From positions 1 through 64,000 of the IMG/VR virus record IMGVR_UViG_3300034069_000341: a stretch of DNA of 64,000 nucleotides. One strand, written 5' to 3'. The notes under the pieces were generated by a model. That model saw nothing but the letters and a program-made list of their open reading frames with translations, was not told the DNA's origin and searched no databases. Source of the DNA: a virus. Positions 9,416 through 18,555 of the stretch are shown piece after piece (position 1 is the stretch's first letter; each line of letters begins with the position of its first letter). Made by a program: the position numbers and the translations under genes.

Positions 9416-9635
9416 CGTCAATGTGCATGTTTCTGTGGACCGCGAGTTCGCAGGGTTCTCCCTGAAGGCCGGGGAGGACAATTACGTTCCGGCCAATGTG
9501 GCGCGGAACCTTGTGGCCTCTCGTAAGGCCGTTTATGCGGAGAAGGATGAACCGGAGACTAAGCCGGACGATGCTCCCGTGACCCCTACTCCGGTCGGTC
9601 GTCCCAAGGCTGACTCCGACCGTACTTCTAACTAA
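9408..9635 (+). CDS. Hypothetical protein
   Basis: 75 aa, overlaps previous gene, Pro/Asp-rich C-terminus. Confidence 0.4.
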   Translation: MDDVNVHVSVDREFAGFSLKAGEDNYVPANVARNLVASRKAVYAEKDEPETKPDDAPVTPTPVGRPKADSDRTSN

Positions 9636-9646
9636 GGAGATTAACT

Positions 9647-10231
9647 GTGGCGACTGAACTCCACCGTAATTCTGATAACGTTCGTATCTTCGGTGATCTG
9701 CGGGATGCCATTTGGCTCGCTCCCGTGGGCACCGCACTCCCGACCTCGCTTGAGGATGACCTCCCCTCGCCGTGGATCGCTGTCGGCTGGCTCTCGGAGG
9801 ACGGCATCACCTATGAGCCGTCTACCGACGTGGAGAAGTTCAAGGCTCACCAGGGCGGCGCTACTGTCCGCACCAAGGTGACCTCCACCGAGAAGACTCT
9901 CGGTTTCACCATGCTTGAGTCCAACCCGCTGACTCGTAAGATTTACGAGAACGCCGCCGATCCGGTGACCGTCTCTGAGGGCGTCGCCCGCATGGACCTG
10001 AAGGAGTCCATCGGCGTTGTCGAGTTCGCTGCGGTTGTGCAGAACTACGACGAGACCCCCACGGGTGACGTCGCTGAGTTCATGTGCATCGAGCGACTTG
10101 CTATCGGTGAGCGCGGCGAGACCACGCTCTCGAACGCTGATATTCGCGGCTTTGAGGTGACCGGCGACGTGCTGGGTCAGTCTTACATTCTGACCAACGC
10201 CCCGTCGATTGTCGAGGCCGCTCAGGCCTGA
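9647..10231 (+). CDS. Major tail protein
   Basis: 194 aa, AGGAGA RBS, between connectors and chaperones, followed by a strong terminator. Confidence 0.65.
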   Translation: MATELHRNSDNVRIFGDLRDAIWLAPVGTALPTSLEDDLPSPWIAVGWLSEDGITYEPSTDVEKFKAHQGGATVRTKVTSTEKTLGFTMLESNPLTRKIYENAADPVTVSEGVARMDLKESIGVVEFAAVVQNYDETPTGDVAEFMCIERLAIGERGETTLSNADIRGFEVTGDVLGQSYILTNAPSIVEAAQA

Positions 10232-10247
10232 TAGCCTGACTAAGACC

Positions 10248-10305
10248 AACCCCCTACCCTTTCATTTCCGTGGCGCGGATGAGAGGGTAGGGGGTTTTCT
10301 TTATT
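10248..10305 (+). terminator. Intrinsic terminator after major tail gene
   Basis: AACCCCCTACCCT / AGGGTAGGGGGTT 13-bp arms then TTTTCTTTATTT. Confidence 0.8.
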
Positions 10306-10309
10306 TGTA

Positions 10310-10318
10310 TGGTATAAT
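10310..10318 (+). promoter_or_regulatory. Extended -10 promoter TGGTATAAT(GGG)
   Basis: Immediately after terminator, 40 nt before chaperone gene; same family as TGTGATATAATGG. Confidence 0.5.
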
Positions 10319-10360
10319 GGGTGAGTACAATATAGCGCCACACTGAATGGAGAAATACTT

Positions 10361-10885
10361 ATGTCTGACGAGATTACTACCCCCACCGATATCCGAGAGC
10401 GTCGTCGCAGCCAGGCGGAGGCCGCCCCGCGACCGCGACCCCAGGATCATCTTGGAAAGGGTGGCGAGCCTCGGAACCAGGAGTTCCAGCCGCGAGACCT
10501 GTCTAAGCCGATTGAGGTGAAGTACCTGGACGAGACGTTCATGGTTTACCCCCGCGCGCTGGATGACTTCTCGCAGGTTGAGCGTCTTGCTGGTATCGAC
10601 CTGGACCTCAGCGAGAATTCCGAGCCGGTTCCCGGCTACGATGCTCTCCTCGCTGAGGATTCTCAGGTCGCAAGCATCTGGGATTCCCTGTGGCGATTCC
10701 TGGGCTGGGGGACTCTCGCAAACGAGGACGTGTATGAGGAGTACCGGGTTCTCCGAGCGGCTATCTACAAGAAGTACGGCTACTGCTCGACTCAGCTGGT
10801 TCTCAAGTTCTCGGAGGTTGCTGCTGAGGAGGCTCAGAAGGCTCTGGACCCTGAGGGAAACTCGAATCGTTCGCGTACTTCCTGA
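10361..10885 (+). CDS. Tail assembly chaperone (G-type)
   Basis: 174 aa between major tail and tape measure; contains slippery heptamer near 3' end. Confidence 0.75.
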   Translation: MSDEITTPTDIRERRRSQAEAAPRPRPQDHLGKGGEPRNQEFQPRDLSKPIEVKYLDETFMVYPRALDDFSQVERLAGIDLDLSENSEPVPGYDALLAEDSQVASIWDSLWRFLGWGTLANEDVYEEYRVLRAAIYKKYGYCSTQLVLKFSEVAAEEAQKALDPEGNSNRSRTS

Positions 10886-11385
10886 GGGAATGTCCCAACG
10901 CGGTGAGGGTTGACCTCTGGCGAGAGGGAATCGACCTAGATTCCTGGATCGCTGAGGGCCGATCCGCGTTGCTCTGCGCGAGCGTTCTCATGTCTTGCCC
11001 CTCCGGCTCCGAAATCTGGAAGGAAGCCGGAGGGTGGGTGGCATTGACGGACACTCAATTTGCCACGGTGCAGAACTCCTTTGGAGTCTCTATGCAACTC
11101 TGGGCCTCAGGTGACGCTAAGAAGTCTACTCAGCCCAAGGAGCCTAAGCCCCCGGTTGGTCGTATCAAGGAGCGCCAGACGGGGGTCAAGAAGGAGAAGT
11201 CCTTTGTCAGCAAGTCGCAGAACTTCATTGAACGCTTCGGCGGTATTGACACTGAAGAGATGAATGAGCGGCTTTCTGCATGGGGCGACGACTGGAAGAC
11301 CGCTCCGGCTAAGAAGCGGCATCAGGATTCCGCTCAGAGGCTTCTTGCTTGGCAGACCGAAGCCGCTGAGGCTCATAAGGAATGA
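10361..11385 (+). CDS. Tail assembly chaperone, frameshift-extended G-T form
   Basis: -1 shift at 10855-10861 reads GGG AAA CTC GAA TCG TTC ... GTG AGG GTT GAC, joining the 10903-11385 frame without stops. Confidence 0.65.
10855..10861 (+). other. Programmed -1 ribosomal frameshift slippery site G GGA AAC
   Basis: X XXY YYZ heptamer in the zero frame of 10361-10885 (GAG GGA AAC); -1 frame is open from here into ORF 10903-11385. Confidence 0.75.
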
Positions 11386-11394
11386 CGCATCCGG

Positions 11395-11433
11395 AAAGGG
11401 GCGCTGACTCATAGGGTCAGCGCCCCTTTATTC
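11395..11433 (+). terminator. Hairpin after chaperone genes
   Basis: AAAGGGGCGCTGAC / GTCAGCGCCCCTTT 14-bp arms, 7-nt loop, short T-rich tail. Confidence 0.55.
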
Positions 11434-11456
11434 GTAACTAAGGAAGAAGGTACTCT

Positions 11457-14400
11457 ATGGCTGGAAGGCAGCCACCTATTGCGACAGCCTGGGTTGCCGT
11501 CACCCCGGAGACTGTCGGTTTCCGAAAGAAGGTGGAAAAGGACCTACAGGACCTTAACACCACGGCGAGTCGAACTGGCTCGCAGGCGGGTACTAACTGG
11601 TCCAAGTCCTTTGTTGACGCATTCAAGAAGAACAAGGTCCGTCTCAGCGATACTGGTCTCGACCAGGCTGAGCGCGAGTACCTCGCAGCGCAGGCCCGGA
11701 TGGAGAAGACTACTCTCGCCGGAGCCAAGAAGCGAACCGACGCTGAGAAGAAGTATTCTGATGCGCTTGAGGATAGCGTCAAGGCTTCCAAGGAGTTCGG
11801 CCCCTGGTCGGGCGAGTACAAGAAGTCCCTAGACGCTGTAACTGATGCTCAGCGCAGGCTAAATCAGGTTACCAAGGAAACCGCCGAGGAGCAAGAGGCT
11901 CTTCAGGCGGAAGTGGAAGCATCCTCGGAGAGTCTGACGAAGCTCCGCAAGGAGATTGACGGCATTGAGAATGCGGCTGGGCCTGCATGGGCCAAGGGTA
12001 TTCGCAAGAACCTGCATATCGCCTTCACCTCGGTGGGCGAGATTGCGGATGACGCTGGCCGGGAAATGGGAGTACGGCTCAGCGAGTCGTTCAAGGATAC
12101 GATTCGGAAGCAGAACATCGGAGCGGCAGTCGGTGCGTCTTTGGGCCGTCTGTCGGGTGCTCGTGCGCTGATGGATTTCGCAGAGGCGGCTAAGGATTCG
12201 GCGCTGAACGCTGACCGACTCGCTGTTGCTGCGGGCAACGCGGGACTCCGAATCGGCGGCCTCGGCCTCGTCGCTGTCGGCGCTACAGGCAGCATCCTGG
12301 CACTGAGCGGAGGACTCGGCTCTATGCTGAGCACTGCCCTTGTGCTTCCCGGCATCTTGGCTGCCGTAGCGACTGGCGCGGTAGTCTTCCGTGTCGCCCT
12401 CTCGGATATTTCTAATGTTCTTCCTGACGTCACTGAGGCTTATAAGGGCCTAGGCGACATTATCAAGGAGAACTTCTGGGAGCGGGCGGCTGCGCCTATG
12501 CGGGACGCGGCTTTTCGGCTCCTCCCGGTTCTATCGGCTGGCCTCGCTGAAGTGTCAAATCAGTTTGGCGGTTGGGCTGTAGCGATTTCCTCGGTGGTCG
12601 GTTCCGCTAAGGGTCTTCAGTGGATCGGTGACATTCTCGAAAACATCGGGGTCATGGCCGACATTATGGGCGATGGAGTCGGGGCTTTTGCAAACGGACT
12701 CTTGGAGTTGACCTATGTTGGCTCTACCTATCTCCCCCGCCTCGGAGAGGCGCTGAGTGTACTTGCTTACAAGTTCGAGAATTTCGTCCAGATGAACACC
12801 GAGAACGGTAATATCTTCCGGTGGGTAGAGAACGGAATTACGGAGTTCAAGAACCTCGGCGCTGTGATTGCTGGGACGATCAGCATTTTTGGGTCGCTCT
12901 ATGAGGCGTCCCGGCGCGCAGGAGGCCCCTCGGGCTTCGGGTTCCTCCGGGCAGGTATTGATAGCGTGTCGAATGCGCTCAAGACCGCAGGCTGGCAGGA
13001 TGCTTTGACCAGTCTGTTCTCAGGCGCTTACGAGGGTCTGGGGTCCATCGGAGCGGGTCTTGTCGCCGTGGCAGACGGCTTCCGTGTCATCTCCCCGGCG
13101 CTAGGCACTGTCTTCTCCCTGGTTGGGGAAACTCTCGGGGTGCTTCTTCAGGGCCTCGGTGATTTCATGTCCCACCCTGCTGTCGCTGAAGGGCTAGTCA
13201 ATTTCTTCACCTCGGTGAAGAACGCGATTGCTGATACTATTCCCAGCATGGAACTGGTTGCCCCGGCGTTCAAGGCTATCGCTACTATGGCGGGGCAGTT
13301 GGTTGAGGCAGTCGGCGGTGTCATGGACGCGGCGCTGAACACCTTCGCACCGGCGTTCCTGACTATTTCCGAGGCGGCCGCGCCTCTGATCCCCATTCTG
13401 TCTGACATTGTTCAGAATATCATCGAGGGCATGGGTCCCGCTGTCAATTTCGTCGCAGGTCTGCTCGGCGATCTTCTCGACTTCATCGTCCCTCTTCTTG
13501 GACGACTCTCGGAGATGGAGTGGCTGTGGAAGGGGCTGGGCACGGCTATTAGCCTGGTCATTATCCCCCTCGTGGCTATTGCTGGCCCTCTTATGTTCCT
13601 TGTCGGGACTTTCTTTAGAGTTCTGGGCGTTGTCAGGCTTGTGGTTGGCGGTTTTATCAAGCTCGCCTCCGAGTTCCGTAACTTCGGCGGAGCAGTTAAG
13701 AATACAGTTTCTAATTCTAAGACGCTTACCGCCGCACTGAATGGCATCAAGAATGCCGCAAGCAAGGTGGGAAACTTCTTCAAGGCTATTTTCAAGCCCG
13801 CGATTGACGGGGTTGGGAAGGCGTTCGGTTTCCTGAAGGGCCACGTCGTGAAACTCATTGAGCAATTCGGCGGTAAGGGTCTTCTCTCCGTCCTGGGGTC
13901 CGTAGGTAAGCGGTTCATCGGACTTCTCGGGCCTATCGGACTCGTGATTTCGATTATCTGGCTCCTGGTTGACGGGGTTCGCTACGCCTGGAACAATTTT
14001 GAGTGGTTCCGGGATGGTGTGACGGGCGTGTGGAATTGGATCCGGGATGCGATTTCAAATGTCGTGACCTGGTTCATCGACACCGCTATGCCTGCCCTGG
14101 GAACCGCGCTTACTGCGGTCGGTGGATTCTTCTCCGGTCTGTGGGTCAATTATGTGCAGCCTGTCTGGGGATGGATTCAGACTACGGTCGGCGGATTCGT
14201 TAACTGGTTTACCCTAACTGCGATTCCGGCGGTTCAAAATGTCATTACAACCCTCGGAAACGCTTTCTCATGGCTCTACACGAGTATTGTTCAGCCAGTG
14301 TTCAACGGCATCCAGACGGCCATTGATATTGCTCTCTGGCCGGTCAGGGTCCTCCTTGGCGGGTTGTATCTGCTGATCCGTGATGTCATTGGCCCTGGGT

Positions 14401-16763
14401 TTGTGTGGCTGTATCAGAACGCCGTTAGGCCCGCCTTTACTGGAATCGGCAATGCTATATCTGGTGCCTGGAACAATGTTATCCGGCCAGTGTTTGGCTT
14501 CATTCACCGGGCAGTTGACGGCCTTGTCGGAGTGTTCCAGAATTCAGGTACCCACATTCGTAATGTGTGGACTAGTATTAGTAACGCTTTGCGCGCGGGC
14601 TATGTCTATATGAATAATCTGGTATTCAACCCGATGCGGCGCGCGGTGGGGTGGGTCGCAGATAGTTTCGCACAAGTTCGAGACCGAATTGGCGTTATCT
14701 GGAATAACCTTCGCGTGCGCCTGTATAATGGTTACGTGGCTATTAGTAACACAGCACTCAACCCCTTGCGTCGTGCAGTCTCCTGGGTCGGAGACCGTTT
14801 CGCTAGTGTTCGTGACCGAATCGGTATCATCTGGGGTAACCTCCGTGACTTGCTTCGCCGTGGTTACGAGGCGATCAATAACCAGGTTTTCCGGCCTCTT
14901 CATAATGCTCTAGGAGGTGTCCAGGATAGGTTCGCAACCGTCCGTGACCGTATCGCCTCTATTTGGGATAATATGCGGGACCACCTTCAGCGGGGCTGGG
15001 AGGCTATTAGTAATCGCGTGTTCACGCCCCTCCGTAATGGTGTCGCTCGGGTGCAAACTGCATTTGAGCGCGCTCAGGAAGGAATTGGCACCGCGTGGGA
15101 GCGCATCCGAGAGGCTGTTCGTCAGCCTGTCGCAGGCGTGGTCAACAACGTCATCAACCCGTTCATCGGCGGGTATAATGACTTGAACAATGCCTGGAGT
15201 GGCGACGACCTGGATCCGATCAAGGGATTCCACACTGGTGGTTACACTGGTCGCGGGTCTAAGTATCAGGCTGCGGGTATTGTCCACGCAGACGAGTACG
15301 TTGTGCGTAAGAAGGCACGTCGTAAGTTCGAGCGAGAGAATCCCGGCGTTCTGGATCACATCAATGCTACGGGTGAAATGCCCAAGAAGCAGCCGCGCAA
15401 GCACTCGGTGGATGGAATGTCCGCCGGTGTTCCGGGCGGACCCCGAGGCGGTATCTGGGGCCGAATTCAGCACGCTATGTCGCAGGCGGGACAGGTGACG
15501 TTCACCGGCTCCGCCCTCGGCGTGAATGTCAGTGACGCTGTGAAGGCTTGGCAGGGGCGCTCGGCGCTTCAGGTCAACGCTGGAAGCGGCGGGGGCCCCC
15601 GAATCTCGGCGGGCGCAGGCGGCGCAGGACCTTGGGGATACTACTCCGGGTCCAACCTGTTCCTGAACCCGCGTGGCCCTAGCTCCAAGAAGCAGAAGGT
15701 CGGCACGATGGTTCACGAGATGGGCCATGCTATGTCGCTGAACCACGCTGGCACTAACTCGGTTATGCACCCTATGATGAAGGGCGGCTGGTGGTCGCAG
15801 CCTGCGGACTGGGCTAAGATGGTCGAGGTCTTCGGTAAGCCTGGTGGCAAGGTCAAGACCTACTCCGCTTCGGAGGTTGGTCAGGACGGCGGCGGCAGTT
15901 GGATCGACCCGATCGGCTGGATCGTTGAGAAGTTCAATAAGATCATCGGCAAGACCCGCGAGAATGCGGCTAACTTGTTCGCGGGCAACACCTTTGCTAG
16001 TATGCCGCTGGGTCTGTTCGATCAGGCTGTGGAGAACCTGAAGAACTCCATCAAGGACAAGGTTGGCTCTTGGCTCAACCCGTTCGACGGTGGGGGCGGA
16101 GGTTCTAGCGATGACAAGAGTACTTCTGGTGCTAAGTCTCCGCGAGCCTGGAAGTCCACGGTTATCGAGGCGCTTGGCAAGGCGGGTCTTCCGAACAACG
16201 ATGCCTATGTGAACGCATGGATCGCGCAGATTGCCTCCGAGTCCGGCGGTAACCCGAGTGCTATTCAGCAGGTCAAGGACGTGAACAGCGGTGGTAATGA
16301 GGCCGCTGGCCTTGTCCAGGTGACCCCCGGAACGTTCGCGGCTCACCGAGACAAGTCGCTGCCGAATAACCGCCTTGACCCGCTTGCCTCTCTGGTCGCT
16401 GGCATGAACTATGCCAAGTCCAGGTATGGCAAGAACATGCTGTCCGTGATCGGCAAGGGCCACGGCTATTCGGAGGGTGGACGGGTTACCCCGTACAACC
16501 TGTTCGACAAGGGCGGGTTCCTCCGAAAGACCGGAGAGCCGCAGTTGATCCAGCACAAGAAGAGCCGACCTGATGCGGTCCTCACTGCTCAGCAGTGGAA
16601 GGACCAGCGGAAGATCGCTCAGGCGGCTGGAGAGCGCCTGACGGGCGTGAGCAAGGACAACATGGAGTTGCACGTCCACGCAAACGGTGTGGACGTTGAT
16701 GAGGTCGCTAGGCGCGGAGTCGAGGACTTTGCTTGGCACCTGAAGCACCAGATGGGAGGATAA
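11457..16763 (+). CDS. Tape measure protein with embedded zincin-type peptidase motif and lytic transglycosylase-like domain
   Basis: 1768 aa after chaperones; hydrophobic Gly/Ala/Val-rich middle; HEMGHAMSLNH at 15714-15746; AQIASESGGNP...GLVQVTPGTF about 16,200-16,340. Confidence 0.9.
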   Translation: MAGRQPPIATAWVAVTPETVGFRKKVEKDLQDLNTTASRTGSQAGTNWSKSFVDAFKKNKVRLSDTGLDQAEREYLAAQARMEKTTLAGAKKRTDAEKKYSDALEDSVKASKEFGPWSGEYKKSLDAVTDAQRRLNQVTKETAEEQEALQAEVEASSESLTKLRKEIDGIENAAGPAWAKGIRKNLHIAFTSVGEIADDAGREMGVRLSESFKDTIRKQNIGAAVGASLGRLSGARALMDFAEAAKDSALNADRLAVAAGNAGLRIGGLGLVAVGATGSILALSGGLGSMLSTALVLPGILAAVATGAVVFRVALSDISNVLPDVTEAYKGLGDIIKENFWERAAAPMRDAAFRLLPVLSAGLAEVSNQFGGWAVAISSVVGSAKGLQWIGDILENIGVMADIMGDGVGAFANGLLELTYVGSTYLPRLGEALSVLAYKFENFVQMNTENGNIFRWVENGITEFKNLGAVIAGTISIFGSLYEASRRAGGPSGFGFLRAGIDSVSNALKTAGWQDALTSLFSGAYEGLGSIGAGLVAVADGFRVISPALGTVFSLVGETLGVLLQGLGDFMSHPAVAEGLVNFFTSVKNAIADTIPSMELVAPAFKAIATMAGQLVEAVGGVMDAALNTFAPAFLTISEAAAPLIPILSDIVQNIIEGMGPAVNFVAGLLGDLLDFIVPLLGRLSEMEWLWKGLGTAISLVIIPLVAIAGPLMFLVGTFFRVLGVVRLVVGGFIKLASEFRNFGGAVKNTVSNSKTLTAALNGIKNAASKVGNFFKAIFKPAIDGVGKAFGFLKGHVVKLIEQFGGKGLLSVLGSVGKRFIGLLGPIGLVISIIWLLVDGVRYAWNNFEWFRDGVTGVWNWIRDAISNVVTWFIDTAMPALGTALTAVGGFFSGLWVNYVQPVWGWIQTTVGGFVNWFTLTAIPAVQNVITTLGNAFSWLYTSIVQPVFNGIQTAIDIALWPVRVLLGGLYLLIRDVIGPGFVWLYQNAVRPAFTGIGNAISGAWNNVIRPVFGFIHRAVDGLVGVFQNSGTHIRNVWTSISNALRAGYVYMNNLVFNPMRRAVGWVADSFAQVRDRIGVIWNNLRVRLYNGYVAISNTALNPLRRAVSWVGDRFASVRDRIGIIWGNLRDLLRRGYEAINNQVFRPLHNALGGVQDRFATVRDRIASIWDNMRDHLQRGWEAISNRVFTPLRNGVARVQTAFERAQEGIGTAWERIREAVRQPVAGVVNNVINPFIGGYNDLNNAWSGDDLDPIKGFHTGGYTGRGSKYQAAGIVHADEYVVRKKARRKFERENPGVLDHINATGEMPKKQPRKHSVDGMSAGVPGGPRGGIWGRIQHAMSQAGQVTFTGSALGVNVSDAVKAWQGRSALQVNAGSGGGPRISAGAGGAGPWGYYSGSNLFLNPRGPSSKKQKVGTMVHEMGHAMSLNHAGTNSVMHPMMKGGWWSQPADWAKMVEVFGKPGGKVKTYSASEVGQDGGGSWIDPIGWIVEKFNKIIGKTRENAANLFAGNTFASMPLGLFDQAVENLKNSIKDKVGSWLNPFDGGGGGSSDDKSTSGAKSPRAWKSTVIEALGKAGLPNNDAYVNAWIAQIASESGGNPSAIQQVKDVNSGGNEAAGLVQVTPGTFAAHRDKSLPNNRLDPLASLVAGMNYAKSRYGKNMLSVIGKGHGYSEGGRVTPYNLFDKGGFLRKTGEPQLIQHKKSRPDAVLTAQQWKDQRKIAQAAGERLTGVSKDNMELHVHANGVDVDEVARRGVEDFAWHLKHQMGG
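14484..15125 (+). repeat. In-frame about 132-nt (44-aa) tandem repeats inside tape measure (about 4-5 units)
   Basis: Units NP(M/L)RRAV.WV.D.FA.VRDRIG.IW.NLR..L..GY.AI.N..(F/L) at 14628, 14760, 14892, weaker flanking units. Confidence 0.8.
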
Positions 16764-16766
16764 CCT

Positions 16767-17633
16767 ATGGATAGGCACAGCCTACGTCGTGCGGAACTAT
16801 CGTGGGAGGGGAACACGCTGGTGTTCACCAACTATGAGGACCCGACTGCCCCTACCGCCGCGTACCTTACCACTCTTGACGGGTGGTACGGCGGGGTTGG
16901 TATTTCGGCAGAAGCGACGCAGCGCGCCGTCCATCATGGTCAGGTTGCGGCCAAGGGTCAGCGAACTGGACGTTCGCTGACCCTTGGCGCGCAGATGTAT
17001 TTTGAGCATGAGAGGGACCGAGACATTGCAGATCGCTTTGTCTCCGGCATCCTACAGGACGGCGATTTCGGCGAGTTGACTTACTCGGTAGACGGTGTAG
17101 AGGCTACGGCCTATGTACGCCTAGACGGTGAAGTCAAGCACGCTACTACAGGATATGACTACATTGAGTTGGAAGTTCCGCTCTTTGCACCTAATCCGTA
17201 CCTCTTCGGCAAGAAGAAGCGGATCACTATGCCCACTATCACCTCGGGCGCTGGCCTTGAATGGGATGGTGGGCTGTTCGCCGATGGAATTCTTGATTGG
17301 GGAGACTCAGCCCCTATTCCGGTCGCCGCGAACAACGGCAACGCGCCTTCGTGGATGACGTTCTCGGTGTCCGGTGAGATGGATTTCGGATTCGAGATTT
17401 CCATTGGCCGCAATCATATTGTCTGGCCGCATCACCTGAATTACAACAGAGGTGTTATAATTGATACAGGACGGGGACGAGTAACCCAGGGTGGAGTTGA
17501 TGTGACTCACATGTTGGAGTCGTGGGATTGGGCACCAATTCCGCCGTATTCCTCGGTGTCCCCAGTATTCAAGACTTTCACTCCGCACGCTTCAGGCTTT
17601 TGCCGCGCGGAGTGGAGCGACACTTACATCTAA
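16767..17633 (+). CDS. Distal tail protein (Dit-position minor tail protein)
   Basis: 288 aa, first gene after tape measure. Confidence 0.55.
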   Translation: MDRHSLRRAELSWEGNTLVFTNYEDPTAPTAAYLTTLDGWYGGVGISAEATQRAVHHGQVAAKGQRTGRSLTLGAQMYFEHERDRDIADRFVSGILQDGDFGELTYSVDGVEATAYVRLDGEVKHATTGYDYIELEVPLFAPNPYLFGKKKRITMPTITSGAGLEWDGGLFADGILDWGDSAPIPVAANNGNAPSWMTFSVSGEMDFGFEISIGRNHIVWPHHLNYNRGVIIDTGRGRVTQGGVDVTHMLESWDWAPIPPYSSVSPVFKTFTPHASGFCRAEWSDTYI

Positions 17634-17642
17634 GGAGAGATA

Positions 17643-18554
17643 GTGGCAGAGAAGATTGATATTGCAGTGCCTTGGGGTTGGCCCAACGCTACTGTGGGCG
17701 GTTTCAAAAAGGGCACGATGCCTAGCGACATGCAGCTGGTCCTCGCAACGATGTTCGAGTTCCACCCGTCGTCCAACGGCGGCACCACTCGTGCGGGCAT
17801 TTACCGTACTGACGGCGTGATCCTGAATGCTGACGCCACGCTCGGTGTGCATGAGGGGAGTGTGGTTCTTGACACTGGCGGTAACCGAGTGGTATGGGCA
17901 CCTATCCCGCATATCGCCAGTGTTCCGCATGACCTGGCCCCCGGCACAGCGGGTACGATCACGGTCTACGTGGCTCCTCCGACAGGGGATTCGCCCCAGG
18001 CAATCGTCGGGACCACCACGTCGTCTACGATCAACCCTTCGTGGGTCGTTCTGGATCGTATTCGACTCAGCTCCGGATGGGCGCGGACCAATCAGGGTTC
18101 TCGTGTCTGGGACAAGGAGTATGCAGTCCTTCAGGGCACCGGCAGCGGTGTCTTGTCCCAGGCGCGGGACTCGGATACTGCTATCCGACGAGAGGGATCG
18201 ACCTATCGGCGGATGCAGCAGACGTTCAGTCTGGCTACCGATGCTGAACTTTCGCTGTGCTTGACGTCCACTGTCCGCTCGGGGAACAGCACTGGAGGTT
18301 CTGTGATCTACGATATCTTCTTGGATGGAGTATTCCAGGCCTCGGTGGAGCGGAAGATTGATCCTATCACCGACTCCCTGTATTGGGAGTTCCCGGTTAC
18401 GGCCAGAGCTGGTAAGCATACCGTTTACGCCGAGTCTCGTGTGGGCGTCATCAATGAGCCCCGCGTGACGCTTCCGTGGTCGGTCGTCCAGGGCGGTTGG
18501 AGAAAGCACCTCGGGGACATTCTCCGAGTTAAGCATGAGGGAGTGAGCCGATAA
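17643..18554 (+). CDS. Minor tail protein
   Basis: 303 aa, GTG start, in tail-tip gene run. Confidence 0.5.
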   Translation: MAEKIDIAVPWGWPNATVGGFKKGTMPSDMQLVLATMFEFHPSSNGGTTRAGIYRTDGVILNADATLGVHEGSVVLDTGGNRVVWAPIPHIASVPHDLAPGTAGTITVYVAPPTGDSPQAIVGTTTSSTINPSWVVLDRIRLSSGWARTNQGSRVWDKEYAVLQGTGSGVLSQARDSDTAIRREGSTYRRMQQTFSLATDAELSLCLTSTVRSGNSTGGSVIYDIFLDGVFQASVERKIDPITDSLYWEFPVTARAGKHTVYAESRVGVINEPRVTLPWSVVQGGWRKHLGDILRVKHEGVSR

Positions 18555-18555
18555 T

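Noticed and set aside
14910-16778. 622-aa ORF antisense to the tape measure gene. Similar long antisense ORFs occur at 6564-7868, 3922-5088, 17592-18863, 2128-2766, 59174-59872 and 60785-61429.
   Set aside because: These are typical GC-rich shadow frames. They have no RBS, Arg/Ser/Pro/Gly-rich low-complexity translations, and they fully overlap genes with clear motif support on the other strand.
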